Shown: piece after piece, positions 60,188 to 64,000 of the stretch
Layout of the letters: each line of letters starts with the position of its first letter
How positions within the stretch are numbered: the stretch's first letter is position 1
Source: Candidatus Oxydemutatoraceae bacterium
GTDB lineage: Bacteria; Pseudomonadota; Gammaproteobacteria; Poriferisulfidales; Oxydemutatoraceae
Assembly: GCA_965218975.1 (NCBI GenBank)
Contig: OZ244717.1
Location: 1,728,001 to 1,792,000 of the forward strand
DNA: 64,000 nucleotides
Direction of reading: 5' to 3'
The notes under the pieces: model-generated
Told to the model about the DNA's origin: nothing
The model's input: only the letters and a program-made list of their open reading frames with translations
The model's database searches: none
Position numbers and translations under genes: made by a program

Positions 60188-60565
60188 TTATAGTTCCGCT
60201 TCGGCATAGAGTTTGCACATCAGCTCAAAAGCCTGAAACATTCCGCCCGCTTGCGATTGATTCAAACGCACCGCAAGCACCGCGACATTATTGCCTTTCA
60301 AACCCACCTGTACAAAAAAGGGCAAATACCGATCAAAATTACACTGCCGCAAAAGCAAACGCAATTTTACTTCAACTTGATCGACAGCGGATATCTCCCT
60401 GAAAACAGCCAACACCACATCGTCGGCGGAACACTCCACATCAAGCCAATATTTATTATCGCCGACGGTGAAATTATGTACTTTGGAATCGCTGCCGACA
60501 AAATTTTCAAACCCCAAACTGCGACCAAAATCAACAAGCGCTTCATTCCACCACTCGTAGGTCAC
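60188..60565 (-). CDS. sycN: SycN-like T3SS chaperone
   Basis: 125 aa; WWNEALVDFGRSLG N-terminus; directly after sctW. Confidence 0.7.
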   Translation of the reverse strand: MTYEWWNEALVDFGRSLGFENFVGSDSKVHNFTVGDNKYWLDVECSADDVVLAVFREISAVDQVEVKLRLLLRQCNFDRYLPFFVQVGLKGNNVAVLAVRLNQSQAGGMFQAFELMCKLYAEAEL

Positions 60566-60566
60566 A

Positions 60567-61700
60567 TCATCCGTCTACCGGCTCATTATCGATTGCAATA
60601 TCCAACGCTTGCTGCACCGATTGCAATAATCGCTCGCGTTTAATCTGATCGTCATTAAACACCTTCAGCGGAATCAAACGGGTTATTTCCTTGAATCCTT
60701 GCAAAAAATAAATCTCCGCAGTATTATTTAGAATACCGAGTTTATGCGGTAATTCGGAAAAAAAAGTTCCCCCTTGCCAAGCTTTATCCTGCACCACCAA
60801 TAATTCTTTCATCAAATCGTTCGTTCCGATACGCTCTGGAACAGCGTCGAAGTTGTGCCTCACACGCACCAGCAAATCTTCACATTGGCTATGCATGCTG
60901 TTAAGCAGCTTAAGCTGATACATATCATCCATAATCTGTTTAAGCTTCACTTTGTCTAAGGAATGATTACCGGCATCAAGATCAACCGCCAGAGATTTAA
61001 GAAGGAAACTAACCGCTTCAAGAAAATTATCATCCGAGTGTTCTCCGACAATCCGATTATACGCATCATTCACGCTCGCATAATCCAGCACCACGTCGCG
61101 ATAAAAATCGCGCAACTGCTGAGTATCCCCAATCCCTTTGGCGGAAAAATCTTCGGCGACGACGGAGACATTCAACCCGGCCTGAATCGCGGGTCCCGCT
61201 TCTGCTTGCAGGTCGGTCATCGCTTGTTCCAACGATGCGATCAATTCCGGCGAAGCATTATCCTCCTTCGCTTTCTCATGCGTATAAGACAATGCAAGAA
61301 ATTGGTGCGTTTCATCGCCGGAAAACTGTTGCGCCCTCTGACGCAGAGTTTCAGGCGTCATTCCTGCGCTATTTTCAAGAACGGCTTTGGCAAAGTCGTC
61401 AAGCTTTTTGTTTCGCTCAAGATCGGGGACTTGCCTCAGATACTTTTCCGCTTGCTCCATAGCAAAGCTCTTCGCCAAGCCCTTGCTGTTGATTTTGCGC
61501 TTGGCAAGTTTTTTTTCAACTTTCTCGCTATGCGCAAACGTCAATTCTTCGGCGGCATCCTGCAGGGCCGCGATCGGGTCGCGGGAGTGCGTTATACTTT
61601 CACCGCGAAAGTTTGCACGTAACGAAGCCGATTGTCCCGACAGATGAGACGGCAGAGTGCTTGAATGAACTTGGCCCGGCACATCAATCGGATTGCTCAC
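60567..61700 (-). CDS. sctW: T3SS gatekeeper (YopN-TyeA fusion type)
   Basis: DAAEELTFAHSE, IQAGLN, LRDFYRDVV, FLLKSLAVDL; TyeA-like C-terminus (RLIPLKVF...QQALD). Confidence 0.88.
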   Translation of the reverse strand: MSNPIDVPGQVHSSTLPSHLSGQSASLRANFRGESITHSRDPIAALQDAAEELTFAHSEKVEKKLAKRKINSKGLAKSFAMEQAEKYLRQVPDLERNKKLDDFAKAVLENSAGMTPETLRQRAQQFSGDETHQFLALSYTHEKAKEDNASPELIASLEQAMTDLQAEAGPAIQAGLNVSVVAEDFSAKGIGDTQQLRDFYRDVVLDYASVNDAYNRIVGEHSDDNFLEAVSFLLKSLAVDLDAGNHSLDKVKLKQIMDDMYQLKLLNSMHSQCEDLLVRVRHNFDAVPERIGTNDLMKELLVVQDKAWQGGTFFSELPHKLGILNNTAEIYFLQGFKEITRLIPLKVFNDDQIKRERLLQSVQQALDIAIDNEPVDG

Positions 61701-61738
61701 TATTCAAACCTCAGATTCAAATCCCGGTCTATGCGAAA

Positions 61739-62761
61739 TCAGACACGTGATTGCATAATCTGCGAAGTCGTTTGATGTTGACTTTGTTGCATATCTTTCA
61801 AAGTCTGTTTCATATCCTGAGCGGATTTATGCAATGAATCGGCATATTGCCGTTCGCGTTCCAATGTCGAACGCAATGTTTCAGCGCGCGCTTCATCTTT
61901 CTTGCTCTCGGCTTTCAATTGCTCAGAACCATACTTAAAACCGGAGTCGACCGTTTGGGAAATACCCATAGTAATTTGTGAGTAGCCCTGCGTCTTCATT
62001 GAAATACTATTGGCTTTCTGCGATATGATGAAAGTCGCATTCTGTTCTTTGAGGTTGGAAAGTCCGATTTTATCCAGTTCGGCTTTTCTTGAGGTCAGAT
62101 CTTCAGTCACATCATCAACGGTTTCTTCAGCATTTTCTTGAGCCGTTTCGCCGGTATCTCGCGTTGAAGTTTCTTCTTCCGTTTCCGTCAGCTTTGTTTG
62201 AGTCACTTCTTCGGTGGTCTCGGACGTGGTTTTTGCTTGCGCATCTTCGCTTGCACTTGATTCTTCCGTGGCAGGAGCTGCTTCAGACGCAATCTTGAAG
62301 CTTTGCACTCCGCCGGCAACGCTAATACCGCCGGAAACAATTTGCCCGGCGCCTGAAATGACGCCGCCGGCAAGCGCCAAACCGGCACCGGAGCGAATAT
62401 CATCCGCCGCTTCATTCATTTCATCGGCAACGCTTAGGATGTCCGCAATCGTTTGGTCGCGCGACGCTTTTTCCGCTTCCTGATTTAACTTGACCAACAC
62501 TTGAGCGATCTCATAAAAATCAAGAGTAACATTCTGAGAAATCGCGCTCAATCCCGCATCGGCTTGATCAACATCAATATGGCTCGGCGATGGGAGCGAC
62601 GGCGCGTTTCGTTGCACAGCGATGCCTTCGTCGGAAGACCGCACCGCGGTATCATACGGCGGTTGGGGCGCACGCGGGGCCGCTGTCGCTTGTTCGGAAG
62701 CGGACGCCGCCCGCTGGGTTGAAGAAACATCAACTGGGGGTATATTGTTTAAATCCGTCAT
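61739..62761 (-). CDS. T3SS translocator-like protein (YopD/SctB-like) with acidic insert
   Basis: Pro/Ser-rich N-terminus, one Gly/Ala hydrophobic segment, C-terminal coiled coil; start MTDLNN after GGAGG. Confidence 0.65.
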   Translation of the reverse strand: MTDLNNIPPVDVSSTQRAASASEQATAAPRAPQPPYDTAVRSSDEGIAVQRNAPSLPSPSHIDVDQADAGLSAISQNVTLDFYEIAQVLVKLNQEAEKASRDQTIADILSVADEMNEAADDIRSGAGLALAGGVISGAGQIVSGGISVAGGVQSFKIASEAAPATEESSASEDAQAKTTSETTEEVTQTKLTETEEETSTRDTGETAQENAEETVDDVTEDLTSRKAELDKIGLSNLKEQNATFIISQKANSISMKTQGYSQITMGISQTVDSGFKYGSEQLKAESKKDEARAETLRSTLERERQYADSLHKSAQDMKQTLKDMQQSQHQTTSQIMQSRV

Positions 62762-62892
62762 AGTTACGAACCTCCGATGAGATGGTTGCAAAGTGATAAT
62801 ATTATACTTAACTAGAAAAGTTTTGCCCAAACAGTATCGTCCCGCCGATTCGCGGCAACGGCTCGCCGTTTTACCTGCGAGAATAATAACTC

Positions 62893-63933
62893 TTATAAAT
62901 CGCGCACCACGCGCAGCACTTCAGCGACCGGAGTAATCAAATTGTCGGGGATATACGCGTTGAGGTCGGCCTCCGCCGACAACGAATGCGCCAACGGAAC
63001 ATTCTGCATCACCGGCACGCCTTCCTGTTCGGCAATTTCAATAATACGCTGAGCGATGAGACCCTGTTCTTTTAATGTTACCACCGGCAGCGGAGTTTTT
63101 TCTTGATCATAATAAAGCCCGATCGCAATATGCGTCGGATTGCTCACGATAACGCTTGATCTCTTTACATTTGACACCTGCTGGCTATTGATAATTTCCG
63201 TGAAAAGCTGACGGCGGCGACCTTTAATCTCCGGACTGCCCTCAGTTTCCTTGTACTCGCGCTTAATTTCATCTTTAGACATTTTCAGGCCTTTAATATA
63301 TTCGAATTTCTGAAAAACATAATCCGCACCGGCAACGATAATAAACGCGGCCGACGCATAAATAACCACTTGGGAAAATAAAGTCCCCAATATCGGCATA
63401 ATGCAGTCCATGCCGCAATAAGGGATCCGCAGGATTGTCGGAGTGTTCACCCAGATAATATGACCGATTAAATACGCCATAAATCCGATTTTGAACAGCG
63501 ATTTCAGCAATTCGATCAGATTCTTTTTAGAGAAAATATTTTTCAACGCTTTGCCCGGGTTGAGCTTTTTCAAGTCGGGTTTGACCGCTTCGGGAGCAAA
63601 TAAAACTCCGACTTGAGCGAAATTGCTCAAAACCGCAGCGATCAATCCGATGCAAGCCACCGGAAATATCATCAATAAACCAAGCTCGATCACCTCTTTG
63701 ACCATATCGTCAAAAGCCGTTTCAAAAGCCACGCTTTCCAGCCAAATCGGAGTATTGAACAATTCTTCAAATCTATGTAAGTAAAAGTCGCTTGCCACCC
63801 ACAGGAATAGCATCAAACTTACAATCACGGCCGCGCTGGAAACTTCCTTGCTTTTGGCAACCTGCCCTTTTTTCCGCGCATCGCGAAGCCGTTTCGGCGT
63901 CGGTAGTTCGGTTTTATCGGAAGCGTTGCTCAT
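62893..63933 (-). CDS. sctU: T3SS export switch protein (YscU)
   Basis: KTELPTPKRLRDARKKGQV, KMSKDEIKREYKETEGSP, NPTH autocleavage site. Confidence 0.95.
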   Translation of the reverse strand: MSNASDKTELPTPKRLRDARKKGQVAKSKEVSSAAVIVSLMLFLWVASDFYLHRFEELFNTPIWLESVAFETAFDDMVKEVIELGLLMIFPVACIGLIAAVLSNFAQVGVLFAPEAVKPDLKKLNPGKALKNIFSKKNLIELLKSLFKIGFMAYLIGHIIWVNTPTILRIPYCGMDCIMPILGTLFSQVVIYASAAFIIVAGADYVFQKFEYIKGLKMSKDEIKREYKETEGSPEIKGRRRQLFTEIINSQQVSNVKRSSVIVSNPTHIAIGLYYDQEKTPLPVVTLKEQGLIAQRIIEIAEQEGVPVMQNVPLAHSLSAEADLNAYIPDNLITPVAEVLRVVRDL

Positions 63934-63934
63934 A

Positions 63935-64000
63935 TCATTGGAAAATCAAGCGCAAAGTGTCAATATTGTCTTTGAAATCATGCAGTATATCTCCGAAATA
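63935..64000 (-). CDS. 3' end of upstream gene, probably SctT (partial)
   Basis: Open frame YFGDILHDFKDNIDTLRLIFQ* ends 1 nt before the sctU ATG; identity rests on synteny only. Confidence 0.4.
   Translation of the reverse strand, partial: YFGDILHDFKDNIDTLRLIFQ

Noticed and set aside
56947-63933. Flagellar export apparatus (flhA/flhB)
   Set aside because: Neighbours are gatekeeper, SycN-, YscX/Y- and translocator-like genes; no flagellar genes are present.

Overview
A 64-kb chromosomal window from a gammaproteobacterium that looks host-associated: many decayed IS481 copies, a 16S rRNA gene not followed by 23S, two tRNAs without encoded CCA, and a Ysc-type T3SS. Contents in order: (1) a methylamine/gamma-glutamylation cluster at 1.4-15.7 kb (GlnT/GmaS, class I amidotransferase, divergent Amt, MgsABC-like genes, a second GS-like enzyme, an FAD oxidoreductase). 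(2) tRNAs Leu/Cys/Gly, pgsA, uvrC, udg, fabH-plsX-rpmF-yceD. (3) A small defence region: an HsdR_N-type nuclease with two tandem SeqA-C-like domains, djlA, and an Hhe-type helicase/nuclease. (4) tRNA-Ala, dnaQ-rnhA-methyltransferase, a peptide ABC transporter, fabI, a symporter, ppiD, tRNAs Asp/Val, hupB-lon-clpX-clpP-tig, tRNA-Leu. (5) An unlinked 16S gene. (6) A T3SS operon (sctU, translocator-like gene, sctW, sycN, STAS protein, sctX, sctY, sctV). The most unusual signal is a ~120-bp highly structured repeat (called R here) with 11 copies, all inside IS481 relics. It has one fixed end, one variable microhomology-joined end, and it replaces pieces of the transposase gene at recurrent sites. 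All family assignments come from motif recognition by eye; no database searches were run.
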